Made by a program: the position numbers and the translations under genes. A stretch of 64,000 nucleotides of DNA from IMG/VR virus record IMGVR_UViG_3300020411_000003, one strand, 5' to 3'. Positions within the stretch are counted from its first letter, which is position 1, and each line of letters starts with the position of its first letter. Shown here in pieces: positions 1 through 8,375 of this stretch. The notes beneath the pieces were generated by a model. It did not search any database and had not been told where the DNA came from. It was given only the letters and a program-made list of their open reading frames with translations. The DNA comes from a virus.

Positions 1-49
1 GATCCTAATACTGACCCACATAGAATAGTGAGTAGAATTAATACAATTC

Positions 50-232
50 TCATTGATAATATGCTGGTTTGTATTTGTTATTGTATGTCATGCCCGACTC
101 ATTCTCTACTGTTCTTCGTAGTTCATTTAATTCTTCATTGATTACATCATTACATTCAGTCAATTGTTCTGCTTCAATCAGATATAATACTAATTGTATT
201 TGTGCATCTGATAATGGAATAAGAGTTTTCAT
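50..232 (-). CDS. hypothetical protein (60 aa)
   Basis: ATG overlaps the stop of the upstream oxygenase gene; same strand as the operon. Confidence 0.55.
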   Translation of the reverse strand: MKTLIPLSDAQIQLVLYLIEAEQLTECNDVINEELNELRRTVENESGMTYNNKYKPAYYQ

Positions 233-795
233 CGTTTAAATGTCAGATTAAATGAGAGTGAGACACGATTGTGATTTGTTTCATTGATACGTGTACCATG
301 CATAAGAAATGATGGCCACAACACGATTAGTCCTTTCTTTGGTATGATTTGTCGTGCCATGTCTAGATGAGCAATCATATAATTGTTCTCAGACACGTAG
401 TGTGGTGAATGAAAGTAAATGTTCCCATCCCTTTGGTTGGTACTCACATAATACACGCCACTGATGTCGCTGCCACCATGACTGTGCAAGTGTGCATACT
501 GTCCATTAGTAGTTGACGTGAACCATGAGTTGTTAATATCATAGGGATCATGTGATTTAATACCAATATCATTTAAGTATTGTGTCACATGATATTGAAG
601 AAACAACTGAAATTTCTCTGACTTTTCTATCACATTTGATTCAAATGGATTAGGTGTCAGATGATGTGTATCAGATGACCAACCAGGACGATGAACAAAC
701 TCGGTGAGTGTTAAATCATCATTGAGTTCTTTTCTCTCTGGTATAGAACATTGATACTCATATAAGGGAAGGGGAAACCACTGTTCAGTTGCCAT
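229..795 (-). CDS. 2OG-Fe(II) oxygenase, TIGR02466-like
   Basis: HLHSHGGSDISGVYY, WPSFLMHGT and RVSLSFN motifs. Confidence 0.8.
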   Translation of the reverse strand: MATEQWFPLPLYEYQCSIPERKELNDDLTLTEFVHRPGWSSDTHHLTPNPFESNVIEKSEKFQLFLQYHVTQYLNDIGIKSHDPYDINNSWFTSTTNGQYAHLHSHGGSDISGVYYVSTNQRDGNIYFHSPHYVSENNYMIAHLDMARQIIPKKGLIVLWPSFLMHGTRINETNHNRVSLSFNLTFKR

Positions 796-1028
796 TAGTT
801 TTTAAGATATTGAAATGTATGAGGTCCTGTTGGTTCTTTGATTTCAAATTCAACTGTTTCAAACAATCGCATGAGAGTCTTTGAATACATTCTGTATCCA
901 TTACCCACATACAATTGTCCTAACAACACTGAAATTGTAGCAGATGACCAAAAGAAGTAATACCATCGTGATTTTACTTGCGCCCTTACCTTATCTCTTT
1001 TACTAGTCATACAAATTGTTCTGTTCAT
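795..1028 (-). CDS. hypothetical single-TM protein
   Basis: Hydrophobic segment WYYFFWSSATISVLLGQLYVG; directly downstream of a consensus promoter. Confidence 0.6.
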   Translation of the reverse strand: MNRTICMTSKRDKVRAQVKSRWYYFFWSSATISVLLGQLYVGNGYRMYSKTLMRLFETVEFEIKEPTGPHTFQYLKN

Positions 1029-1033
1029 TAGAC

Positions 1034-1062
1034 ATTATAAAACCCCTGACAGTATTTGTCAA
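1034..1062 (-). promoter_or_regulatory. sigma70-like early promoter TTGACA-17-TATAAT; the ATG begins 5 nt after the -10 box (probably leaderless)
   Basis: Perfect consensus read directly on the minus strand. Confidence 0.85.
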
Positions 1063-1094
1063 GGGTTATGTGGATGAATTATTCTATTGTAATG

Positions 1095-1256
1095 TTAGGG
1101 AAGCAACGACCTACACATTCGTTTGTCTCCATGCACTGCATCTGCTTCAATTATACAGTCGTAGTAGTCATCTAATCTTGTGAGCGTGTCCTGTGTAGTG
1201 GGGTGCTCGATATGTTTCCACTCTGCTAATTGGTTCTGCGAGATGAGATTGTGCAT
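1095..1256 (-). CDS. small protein (53 aa, MHNLISQNQLAEW...CRSLLP), not in the ORF track
   Basis: Manual translation; GAGG upstream of the ATG; YYDCIIE and CR pattern typical of small cyanophage proteins. Confidence 0.65.
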   Translation of the reverse strand: MHNLISQNQLAEWKHIEHPTTQDTLTRLDDYYDCIIEADAVHGDKRMCRSLLP

Positions 1257-1401
1257 TTATTGTTACCTCTTTAGAATTTGGTTATCATGATGTAGAGAGA
1301 GATTCACTTCATCGGTCTGTCCTTAATTCTACCACTATTTATGGTGGAATGGACACATTTATGAGTGATGGTAACAATAATTTATGCCTACGTGATTATA
1401 C

Positions 1402-1563
1402 TTAGTCTGCTTGTAAAATGTAATCTATACAGTTTGGGTGACCATGAATGTATGGGACATCCTCAGTTGCTTCTATCTTTGCTTCGTATGAATTCTCTGC
1501 ATATTCACAGATTTCATGTGTATGCATCTGATGGTCATGATAACCAACAACATAGTGTGACAT
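1402..1563 (-). CDS. small protein (53 aa, MSHYVVGYHDHQMHTHEICEYA...), not in the ORF track
   Basis: Manual translation; TAATG overlap with the upstream stop. Confidence 0.65.
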   Translation of the reverse strand: MSHYVVGYHDHQMHTHEICEYAENSYEAKIEATEDVPYIHGHPNCIDYILQAD

Positions 1564-2126
1564 TAGCTTCTAACTCGAAAGACTATACTATATCTATACA
1601 AATGTGGGTGATTCAGTGATGGTCCAAGTCCTCGATGACTGACATAAGCAGGAAATATAATTATTCTTCCTGGTTTGTACTCATGTGTCTCAATGACACG
1701 GTCCTTGTCTAGGATTTGAAACTGTCCTCCCCACTCTTGACACCACTCAGGGTTTGGGAATACCATGATAGTAAGTTCATCACTCATACCTTCTATGGAG
1801 TCTATGTGTGATGATCCATCACATCCAGAGTGTTGTAAGTTGATGAATATCTCTTGCAAATAATACTCATGTGATGTGAGAGAACATATTCTCTCAAACA
1901 TATCAAAGAATGGTTGTGCTTTATCATGTAATACTGTGCATCTATTCAATGACTTGCGTTCAAATAGTCTGCATCCTAACAGTCTATGTGAACCACTGTC
2001 ACCAAATGGCCAGGTCTTACGATTTGCTATGTTATTTGCTTTGTATTCTATCTGATCATTCAATACTTGCATAATATTATACAAGTACTGTTGATCAAAT
2101 GTGTTATCTATTATTTTTGCGATCAT
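1563..2126 (-). CDS. 2OG-Fe(II) oxygenase (prolyl-hydroxylase-like)
   Basis: HID motif, WGGQF, PGRIIIFP, HRG, RYSIVF. Confidence 0.8.
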   Translation of the reverse strand: MIAKIIDNTFDQQYLYNIMQVLNDQIEYKANNIANRKTWPFGDSGSHRLLGCRLFERKSLNRCTVLHDKAQPFFDMFERICSLTSHEYYLQEIFINLQHSGCDGSSHIDSIEGMSDELTIMVFPNPEWCQEWGGQFQILDKDRVIETHEYKPGRIIIFPAYVSHRGLGPSLNHPHLYRYSIVFRVRS

Positions 2127-2232
2127 CTTTCACTGATTTCATTGCGAGGTGTTCAATTAACAAATATAACCACACGATACTCAGCACCATGATAGCAAAT
2201 AGTCTGATATTTTCTGCATTAACTACGATCAT
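2104..2232 (-). CDS. small membrane protein (42 aa, MIVVNAENIRLFAIMVLSIVWLYLL...)
   Basis: Manual translation; ATGA overlap; hydrophobic helix. Confidence 0.55.
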   Translation of the reverse strand: MIVVNAENIRLFAIMVLSIVWLYLLIEHLAMKSVKDDRKNNR

Positions 2233-2837
2233 GATTCACTCTTTGGATTTATGTAGTAGTTGAAAGCAACACTGATACGATCTTCATCACTGTATGACTC
2301 TTCAACATAATGCCACACATGACCAGGTAATATGTACATTTTACCTGCTTCACTCGGTACACTGTATTGAAAATCATCATACAACTGTGAGTATGTTGAC
2401 CCATCATTGCGAGCCACAATCATCTTGCCACTGTTATCAGGAGTCTTAATGAATGCAACTGCAATTAAATCTGTGCGTCCATGGTGGTGTATAGCATTAT
2501 AGTGATGTTTCTCATTGATGTTCACCCACCAACCCACATGATCTTTACGCAATTTCTTCTTAAACTTACCAGTTGTAATACTATTACACAAATCCCAACA
2601 GTCTTTCTGAAGATTTGAGAGACTTTGTGGGATTTGATTGAGTATTTCAATAGGACACTGTGGTCCAAAGACTGGTGACTGCCAACCTCCGATGTTGCTG
2701 ATAGACTGAGAAGGATAGTCTTGCTTAAGGATGTATGTATCCTCAACAAGTCTATCCAAATCATGATCTAGATTAACAGTGATGATGAAGTCCTGGAATA
2801 TCTCATCCACGACCACACGATTCATGTCAATAGTCAT
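2229..2837 (-). CDS. 2OG-Fe(II) oxygenase, TIGR02466-like
   Basis: SNIGGWQS, HHHGRTD, LPGHVWHYV, RISVAFN. Confidence 0.8.
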   Translation of the reverse strand: MTIDMNRVVVDEIFQDFIITVNLDHDLDRLVEDTYILKQDYPSQSISNIGGWQSPVFGPQCPIEILNQIPQSLSNLQKDCWDLCNSITTGKFKKKLRKDHVGWWVNINEKHHYNAIHHHGRTDLIAVAFIKTPDNSGKMIVARNDGSTYSQLYDDFQYSVPSEAGKMYILPGHVWHYVEESYSDEDRISVAFNYYINPKSES

Positions 2838-3006
2838 CTATTTCATTATGTGCTTTCCATTCTGCATACATGCGTCCGTAGACCATGCCTTCGTTTGATT
2901 TGAGTGGAGATCCTTCAAGAATCTCCCTCTCTCGCTTGTTGATAACATTGAATGCGTCTGAGAGATACTCTCGTTCCCATCCCTTGATACGTTCAGACTT
3001 TTCCAT
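2827..3006 (-). CDS. small protein (59 aa, MEKSERIKGWEREYL...GRMYAEWK)
   Basis: Manual translation; ATG immediately follows the upstream TAA; tiles the gap between genes. Confidence 0.65.
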   Translation of the reverse strand: MEKSERIKGWEREYLSDAFNVINKREREILEGSPLKSNEGMVYGRMYAEWKAHNEIDDY

Positions 3007-3147
3007 TTAGCAATCCTTGCATAATTTACGTAGTGTCTCAATGTTTTCTAGGATCTTAGCAGATGCTTCCTCATCATGTTTGGTTTGTGCTTCACAATAT
3101 TGAAGAACCAAAACACGCAATGACTCAGCGATTTGTGATTGATTCAT
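3007..3147 (-). CDS. small protein (46 aa, MNQSQIAESLRVLV...)
   Basis: Manual translation; tiles the gap between neighbouring genes. Confidence 0.5.
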   Translation of the reverse strand: MNQSQIAESLRVLVLQYCEAQTKHDEEASAKILENIETLRKLCKDC

Positions 3148-3370
3148 AGAGTTCTTTGAGCTCATACTCGTCGTAAAAATGAGTGGACTCGTTTATATAG
3201 TTGTCGGGATCCATCCACTCGAACCATTCATCCGCAAAAGCGAGGGCATCATCTACCCTTTCCTCCGCAATCAATGCTCTGAAACGATCCATGACCCACT
3301 CACAGATATTGTCACGTTCTCCTGATACACGGATTTCCATGAACTCTGATTCTGGTGTTTGGTTAGTCAT
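3125..3370 (-). CDS. hypothetical cyanophage protein
   Basis: Acidic ORF with ALAFADEWFEWMDP; TAATG coupling. Confidence 0.65.
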   Translation of the reverse strand: MTNQTPESEFMEIRVSGERDNICEWVMDRFRALIAEERVDDALAFADEWFEWMDPDNYINESTHFYDEYELKELYESITNR

Positions 3371-3663
3371 TAGTTACGCTCCAGTGATGCAATGTTGTTC
3401 AAATGATCGTATTGTACAAGGCGATAACCCTCTGGTATCAAGGACTCTAGTGCTTTAACAAACTCAAGAGTGAAACGAGATTGGTAATTCCAAAATGTTC
3501 TGTAATCTCTAGAGTAAGGATCAGCGTTAGTATTAAGTCGAACGGTAAATGCAGAGCGTTCGTTGCACGTGTCGATAGGTGCGAGTAATTCTTTAACATG
3601 AGATACTACCAGTGGAGACAAGCGTTGTGCCTTTAGTTGTTGGTTGTAGAATTTCTTTGACAT
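3370..3663 (-). CDS. hypothetical protein
   Basis: ORF directly downstream of the promoter at 3686-3714. Confidence 0.6.
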   Translation of the reverse strand: MSKKFYNQQLKAQRLSPLVVSHVKELLAPIDTCNERSAFTVRLNTNADPYSRDYRTFWNYQSRFTLEFVKALESLIPEGYRLVQYDHLNNIASLERN

Positions 3664-3685
3664 AGTAGGTTGTTACCTGTAGGAT

Positions 3686-3714
3686 AGTGTAGCAGAGAAT
3701 GGTATGAGTGTCAA
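3686..3714 (-). promoter_or_regulatory. sigma70-like promoter TTGACA-17-TACACT
   Basis: Read directly on the minus strand. Confidence 0.7.
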
Positions 3715-3723
3715 GTGGTGTAT

Positions 3724-4146
3724 CTATATCATGTATAGATACCCACCTGCCCAGTCTGCTCTACGTAAACACTCTAGTCTTGATGCTTCATCCATTAGAT
3801 TGAATCTGATGTGCTTTGCTGGTTTGTTATATCCTGCTGGTTTGTACACATCACCTGTTTTCTTATCTATGAATGCATGTACTGATGAATCTCTGTACTC
3901 ATACTTAGGTGAAGGTCCCATGTCATCAAACTCTTGCATAACAATCTTGATGTACTTACGTCCTACGTATGATACAAATTTGTTAAGACCTGCTGTACCC
4001 TCCATGATCTTAGAGAGAGCACCTTGATGATATCCAGTGGAATCTCCTTCCTTAAGGATAGATCTGTTGTGCATTGCGATGCTATGATCTTCAAAGTCTT
4101 TGTCTAATGCGTTGATTAGTTCTTGTGCTCTTTCTGCTACGGTCAT
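3724..4146 (-). CDS. conserved phage early protein (GRKYIKI...SVHAFIDKKTGDVYKPAGYNKPAKHIRFNL...ADWAGGYLY); probable start MTVAERAQ
   Basis: Recognisable T4-like early-protein motif; start moved downstream of the promoter. Confidence 0.75.
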   Translation of the reverse strand: MTVAERAQELINALDKDFEDHSIAMHNRSILKEGDSTGYHQGALSKIMEGTAGLNKFVSYVGRKYIKIVMQEFDDMGPSPKYEYRDSSVHAFIDKKTGDVYKPAGYNKPAKHIRFNLMDEASRLECLRRADWAGGYLYMI

Positions 4147-4174
4147 GATTAGTAAGATTGTTGTGTATGTACTT

Positions 4175-4230
4175 ATTATAATGGAAAAACAGGCAGTGTG
4201 AACCACCTGTGTACCAGTTTATGAACTGGT
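4175..4230 (-). promoter_or_regulatory. early promoter (TTCACA-16-TATAAT) with upstream palindrome ACCAGTT-N4-AACTGGT
   Basis: Read directly; same architecture as four other copies. Confidence 0.65.
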
Positions 4231-4530
4231 CTCTAGTATAATATCTCTTACTCTCTCACGATCTAGACTATCACCACCACCCCATGTGTAATGTACATAC
4301 TCTAGGTCACCTTTCTCAATTCTCTCAATGTACACGTCAAGTGCATCTTCAATCTTCTGACTAGTTAATCCATCTATAGGATATAATACATCTGGGTGTG
4401 TTGGTAAGTAGAATGATTCAACATACTCAACGAATAACTGTCTATTTGCTGCTGCTTCTGCTTCTTCAATAGAATATGGTTCATCTGATACCATTCTTTC
4501 AGCGAATTCATTGAGTTGACGTGTCATCAT
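4219..4530 (-). CDS. hypothetical protein
   Basis: ORF with AAGGA upstream; WGGGDSLDRERVRD motif. Confidence 0.65.
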   Translation of the reverse strand: MMTRQLNEFAERMVSDEPYSIEEAEAAANRQLFVEYVESFYLPTHPDVLYPIDGLTSQKIEDALDVYIERIEKGDLEYVHYTWGGGDSLDRERVRDIILETSS

Positions 4531-4555
4531 GTGTTCCTTTGTTTGTTATGTACTT

Positions 4556-4609
4556 ATTATAAAGCATATAACCACACATGCAATCAATCGTGTACAGTTT
4601 CTGAACTGT
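4556..4609 (-). promoter_or_regulatory. early promoter (TTGCAT-16-TATAAT) with upstream palindrome ACAGTT-N4-AACTGT
   Basis: Read directly; followed by AAGTACATA, as in the 4175 copy. Confidence 0.65.
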
Positions 4610-4796
4610 CCACTTTCTTACACTCTTTCCAATATTGCCTGTACACTAACAAATTACATTGTTTGTAACCATGTAATGTATTCTCATCCTCCCACTGTGC
4701 CACACATAACGTAAAATAATGGTGATCTATAAATGTGATGAAACCTGACTCATCACCGTATTGTATATGATCACCGACAGAGAATGGGAAAGACAT
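4584..4796 (-). CDS. hypothetical protein (SH3-like, FSVGDHIQY...GFITFI)
   Basis: ORF in the operon. Confidence 0.55.
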   Translation of the reverse strand: MSFPFSVGDHIQYGDESGFITFIDHHYFTLCVAQWEDENTLHGYKQCNLLVYRQYWKECKKVDSSETVHD

Positions 4797-4798
4797 AA

Positions 4799-5029
4799 CT
4801 ATAAGGCAAATTTACTTATAGAAATGCATGTCATGAATGACAGCATAATTACGACATCCCATCCTTTAGTACGTATGAAATATGGTATGCTAATTGCATC
4901 AGCAATAGCATGCATCACAGTACCAGTGATGACATTTACATGAAGGATAATAAAATATGAGATCACAATCATACATGATCCAATAATCCTGCTAATTGTA
5001 TCTACTTTCAATGTCATGCTACTATCCAC
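4799..5029 (-). CDS. small multi-TM membrane protein
   Basis: Hydrophobic ORF; ADAISIPYFIRTKGWDVV. Confidence 0.6.
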   Translation of the reverse strand: MDSSMTLKVDTISRIIGSCMIVISYFIILHVNVITGTVMHAIADAISIPYFIRTKGWDVVIMLSFMTCISISKFAL

Positions 5030-5172
5030 TCATGCTTTTCTGCTTTACGCTTACAGTACATACAATACAATGCAGACCATGCAAAGTTGTACACTCTTGA
5101 TGCACCATCACAGTGTGGACATACAATCCATCTACCGTCACGTGGTGCTCGTGTGTGATTGTTTACGTTCAC
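5014..5172 (-). CDS. small zinc-ribbon protein (CPHC...CMYC); probable GTG start
   Basis: Two CxxC motifs; GAGG 5 nt before the GTG. Confidence 0.6.
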   Translation of the reverse strand: MNVNNHTRAPRDGRWIVCPHCDGASRVYNFAWSALYCMYCKRKAEKHEWIVA

Positions 5173-5195
5173 ATGTACCTCATAGAATATGGTGA

Positions 5196-5291
5196 GCGAA
5201 AACAAAACTGAGGGTCGTCTTTGTATGCATTACCCCAACGGTCATGTGACTGCTTCTAAGTCAGTCTAGTCAGGAACTCGTTTGTTTTCGC
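5196..5291 (-). ncRNA. candidate structured RNA closed by an 11-bp terminal stem
   Basis: GCGAAAACAAA / TTTGTTTTCGC perfect inverted repeat; internal hairpins; starts just after a TATAAT box. Confidence 0.45.
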
Positions 5292-5297
5292 ATTCTT

Positions 5298-5351
5298 ATT
5301 ATAATGGATAAAGTATCGGTTGCAACCATTTGTTAGACACTTGTAACACTG
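5298..5351 (-). promoter_or_regulatory. early promoter (TTGCAA-16-TATAAT) with degenerate upstream palindrome CAGTG-N4-AAGTG
   Basis: Read directly. Confidence 0.65.
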
Positions 5352-5356
5352 GCACA

Positions 5357-5710
5357 CTACAGACTGCTACCCTTATGGAATTTTGCTATATCTGACATAG
5401 TGATATGAGCAGCATACTTGTATTCATTCATTTCTTTCTTACCTGGAATTGTGGTAGGAGTATACTCATACCCTTCTTCAGGTGATGGTGTCCAGTCAGG
5501 ATCTTTACCCCACTCATTCCAGTCCTCCTCATTTAATAGGACTGTCTTGGGTGCTTTACCACTCATCTTAGCAGCATCATCAGCATGTTGTTGATGATAT
5601 GATTGAAGTCTTTCTAACTCTGACTGTAAATCAGAATGAAACTCATCAACAGATGCATCATCAAGATACATTTGAATTGCTTCTGCTAACATCGTTCTTC
5701 TACTTTTCAT
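5357..5710 (-). CDS. hypothetical protein
   Basis: 117-aa ORF in the operon. Confidence 0.6.
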   Translation of the reverse strand: MKSRRTMLAEAIQMYLDDASVDEFHSDLQSELERLQSYHQQHADDAAKMSGKAPKTVLLNEEDWNEWGKDPDWTPSPEEGYEYTPTTIPGKKEMNEYKYAAHITMSDIAKFHKGSSL

Positions 5711-5711
5711 T

Positions 5712-5906
5712 TTACTTCCTTATAGTATTAAGATATTCTAGTACGTGATCTCTCACTGCCATGAGTTCATTAAAACATTTTTGGTTGTGAGCACACCCAC
5801 GTAGAGAATTGTCTGGTTTCTGTACTGACTCAATGAATAAGTCTAGTCCACGATTCCACTTCTCATCTTGAGTTTCTTCATGATCAATTGAGCGTTGGTC
5901 TTTCAT
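5712..5906 (-). CDS. hypothetical cyanophage protein
   Basis: KWNRGLDLFIESVQKPDNSLRGCAHNQKCFNELM; ATGA overlap. Confidence 0.65.
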   Translation of the reverse strand: MKDQRSIDHEETQDEKWNRGLDLFIESVQKPDNSLRGCAHNQKCFNELMAVRDHVLEYLNTIRK

Positions 5907-6688
5907 AGGAATTTCTTAAGAGGTGTGTGACGTGCAATACGGTCGTCTGCCATCTTAACATACTCTTCATGAATTTCAACACCAATGTATCGTCTGTCAT
6001 ATTTCAAGCATGATATGGCAGTAGTTCCTGATCCCATGAATGGATCAAGAACTAGATCATTCACAAAACTATAATATTGAACTATCCTATCAGATAACTC
6101 AGTTGGATATGGTGCTAAGTGTTTTGATGTGGTCTCAGGATTGAAACACCATACATTACTACGTTCATACCCATCAGGAACTAATGATCTTTCAAGTATC
6201 TCAGGTGCATATGATCGTACTGTCTTATCTATAAGAAATGATGCAGGTTTCTTGAATATTAATATAGTCTCTGTTACAAGGTTTGGTTTATATGCTACTG
6301 GTTTACGATGCTGAAAAAATCCACCGTTACGATTAACAGCAGATCCTTCTGGTTTCAACCATATAATATCATCAATGTATTGCCATCCCAATCTCTCCAT
6401 AATACTAAAGAAGTGGAATGGAATCGCAAGTCTCTTACTCTCATGTGCTCTTGACTCACGTGCTTGTATGACTGGTGATAAATTGACAGCACACATTCTA
6501 CCTTGTTCAGTTACTCTGTATACTTCACGAAATATATCTTCAAGAAATTGTAGATACTTATCATACGTAGACCATTGTGCGTATGCCTTTGCATTATAAT
6601 ATGGTGGAGATGTACATGTAAGGTGTACACAATCTCCATCCATCTCAGTCAAATAATTTAATGCATCGTCACATACTATCTTATTCAT
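5903..6688 (-). CDS. DNA N4-cytosine/N6-adenine methyltransferase, beta class
   Basis: TSPPY catalytic motif is N-terminal to the DPFMGSGTT SAM-binding motif. Confidence 0.9.
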   Translation of the reverse strand: MNKIVCDDALNYLTEMDGDCVHLTCTSPPYYNAKAYAQWSTYDKYLQFLEDIFREVYRVTEQGRMCAVNLSPVIQARESRAHESKRLAIPFHFFSIMERLGWQYIDDIIWLKPEGSAVNRNGGFFQHRKPVAYKPNLVTETILIFKKPASFLIDKTVRSYAPEILERSLVPDGYERSNVWCFNPETTSKHLAPYPTELSDRIVQYYSFVNDLVLDPFMGSGTTAISCLKYDRRYIGVEIHEEYVKMADDRIARHTPLKKFL

Positions 6689-7104
6689 CCAATGCTCCTC
6701 GATGATGATTTGTTACTGTTACAGTCTCCATTTAATATTGATTTGCGTCCATGACATAGTTTACAGTATGTCTTGACATTACTAGGAACATTATTATGAT
6801 GATCACCATCTAAATGGTCTAGGTCAAGACTAGTCTCGAATCCTACAAATGTAGATACAGGACATGTCCATCCTAAATGACCATCATTATTTTCGCAATA
6901 GTTCTTTTTATGTCTTGTAACACCAGGTCTATCGATTCCTTTCTTACGTGCAGTAGCACAACTAGAACATTCTGATTTGAATGACCAGTACTTCCACTCT
7001 CTTACTTGTACATTATTATTACATCCATCATTGACACATGTAGGAAGTGTGTGTCCTTCTGCAAAGAATCTTGCTTTCTGTTGTTGTGATACTGTAGAAG
7101 GCAT
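6685..7104 (-). CDS. HNH endonuclease with Cys-rich N-terminus
   Basis: LDLDHLDGDHHNNVPSNVKTYCKLCHGRK. Confidence 0.8.
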   Translation of the reverse strand: MPSTVSQQQKARFFAEGHTLPTCVNDGCNNNVQVREWKYWSFKSECSSCATARKKGIDRPGVTRHKKNYCENNDGHLGWTCPVSTFVGFETSLDLDHLDGDHHNNVPSNVKTYCKLCHGRKSILNGDCNSNKSSSRSIG

Positions 7105-7123
7105 CGTTTAACTAACGCTACTA

Positions 7124-8071
7124 CTAGTATAGCGGAAGTTTGTTGGGTATGCTATTGATACGTTCAGTTTGCAAACTGGCATAGTCCTTATGCAATTCAC
7201 ATCCAATGTATGCTCTACTATTCTTCTTAGCAACCATCGCTGTGGTTCCTGATCCTAAGAATGGATCTAGAATAATATCACCCTCCTCAGAACCTGCTAG
7301 AATGCAAGGTTCAATTAAATCAGGTGGGAATGTTGCGAAGTGAGCACCCTTGTAAGGTTTACTAGTTATCGTCCAGACAGATCTTTTATTCTTTGTTCGA
7401 TATGACTTTGTAAGTCCTGTATGGGGTTGTAATCCAGTTCCTTCATTGTGATATTTTCCATTGGATCTGTCACGTGTGCCCCAATCTTTTGCTGGTTCCT
7501 TGATTGCTTCATTGTTATAATAATATTTCTTACTCTTACTTAGTAAAAAGATATATTCATGTGATTTTGTGCATCTATCTCTTACTGACTCAGGCATAGG
7601 ATTTGGTTTGTTCCAAATAATATCCTGCCTCAGATACCAACCATCAGCACGTAGTGCAAATGCTAACATCCAAGGTATACCAATAAGATCCTTGCTTTTC
7701 AATCCTTCTAGTTTATTTCCTCTAGCAGGTGAAAAACTAGGCAAATCTTGATTGGTTTTGCTTACTGTTTGTTTAGGATAGTTCCCATCACTTCTGTAAT
7801 TGTAATAGGTATCACCCATGTTAACCCATAATGTACCATCATCAGCAAGTACATCACGTACACCTCTGAATACTTCTACCAGACTATCAATAAACTGTTC
7901 TGGTGTTTGTTCTTGTCCAATCTGTTCTTCCTCACCACCATAGTCACGTAAACCATAATAAGGTGGAGATGTTACACACATACGTGGTCTCTCAGAGATA
8001 CCAGTTGTGATTTGTGCCTTGAGTGTACCTAGTGTCTTACGACAATCACCAAATAATACTGTGTTTCTCAT
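7124..8071 (-). CDS. DNA N4-cytosine/N6-adenine methyltransferase, beta class
   Basis: VTSPPYYG, IIWNKPNPMPES, HFATFP, DPFLGSGTT. Confidence 0.9.
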   Translation of the reverse strand: MRNTVLFGDCRKTLGTLKAQITTGISERPRMCVTSPPYYGLRDYGGEEEQIGQEQTPEQFIDSLVEVFRGVRDVLADDGTLWVNMGDTYYNYRSDGNYPKQTVSKTNQDLPSFSPARGNKLEGLKSKDLIGIPWMLAFALRADGWYLRQDIIWNKPNPMPESVRDRCTKSHEYIFLLSKSKKYYYNNEAIKEPAKDWGTRDRSNGKYHNEGTGLQPHTGLTKSYRTKNKRSVWTITSKPYKGAHFATFPPDLIEPCILAGSEEGDIILDPFLGSGTTAMVAKKNSRAYIGCELHKDYASLQTERINSIPNKLPLY

Positions 8072-8151
8072 TTTTTAAAGACACCAAATTTAGTTAGTAA
8101 GTAAAGTGATAGTACTGTCCAGAATACTATCTCTAATCCTATGTTATTCAT
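8068..8151 (-). CDS. 27-aa hydrophobic peptide MNNIGLEIVFWTVLSLYLLTKFGVFKK
   Basis: Manual translation; ATGA overlaps at both ends fill the gap exactly. Confidence 0.6.
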   Translation of the reverse strand: MNNIGLEIVFWTVLSLYLLTKFGVFKK

Positions 8152-8375
8152 TTACTATAATGTTTCATCATTAAGTTGTAAGCAACTTGATAGTTACAAG
8201 CTTTAAGTATTTCACCATTGTGTATGACCATGTACCTGTTATGCTTACCAGCACAAGGTACAGCAGCCCATTCACCATAAGGATCCTTAGTAACAAATCC
8301 TGGCATCATAAACTTATCGTCTAATAGATACGGATTGTCTAATTTCTCTAGGTTGGGTCTGGTACGTTTTGCCAT
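8148..8375 (-). CDS. hypothetical protein
   Basis: ORF in the operon. Confidence 0.55.
   Translation of the reverse strand: MAKRTRPNLEKLDNPYLLDDKFMMPGFVTKDPYGEWAAVPCAGKHNRYMVIHNGEILKACNYQVAYNLMMKHYSK

Noticed and set aside
2838-3041. 67-aa minus-strand ORF in the track
   Set aside because: Two other-frame ORFs (2827-3006 and 3007-3147) tile the region with proper coupling
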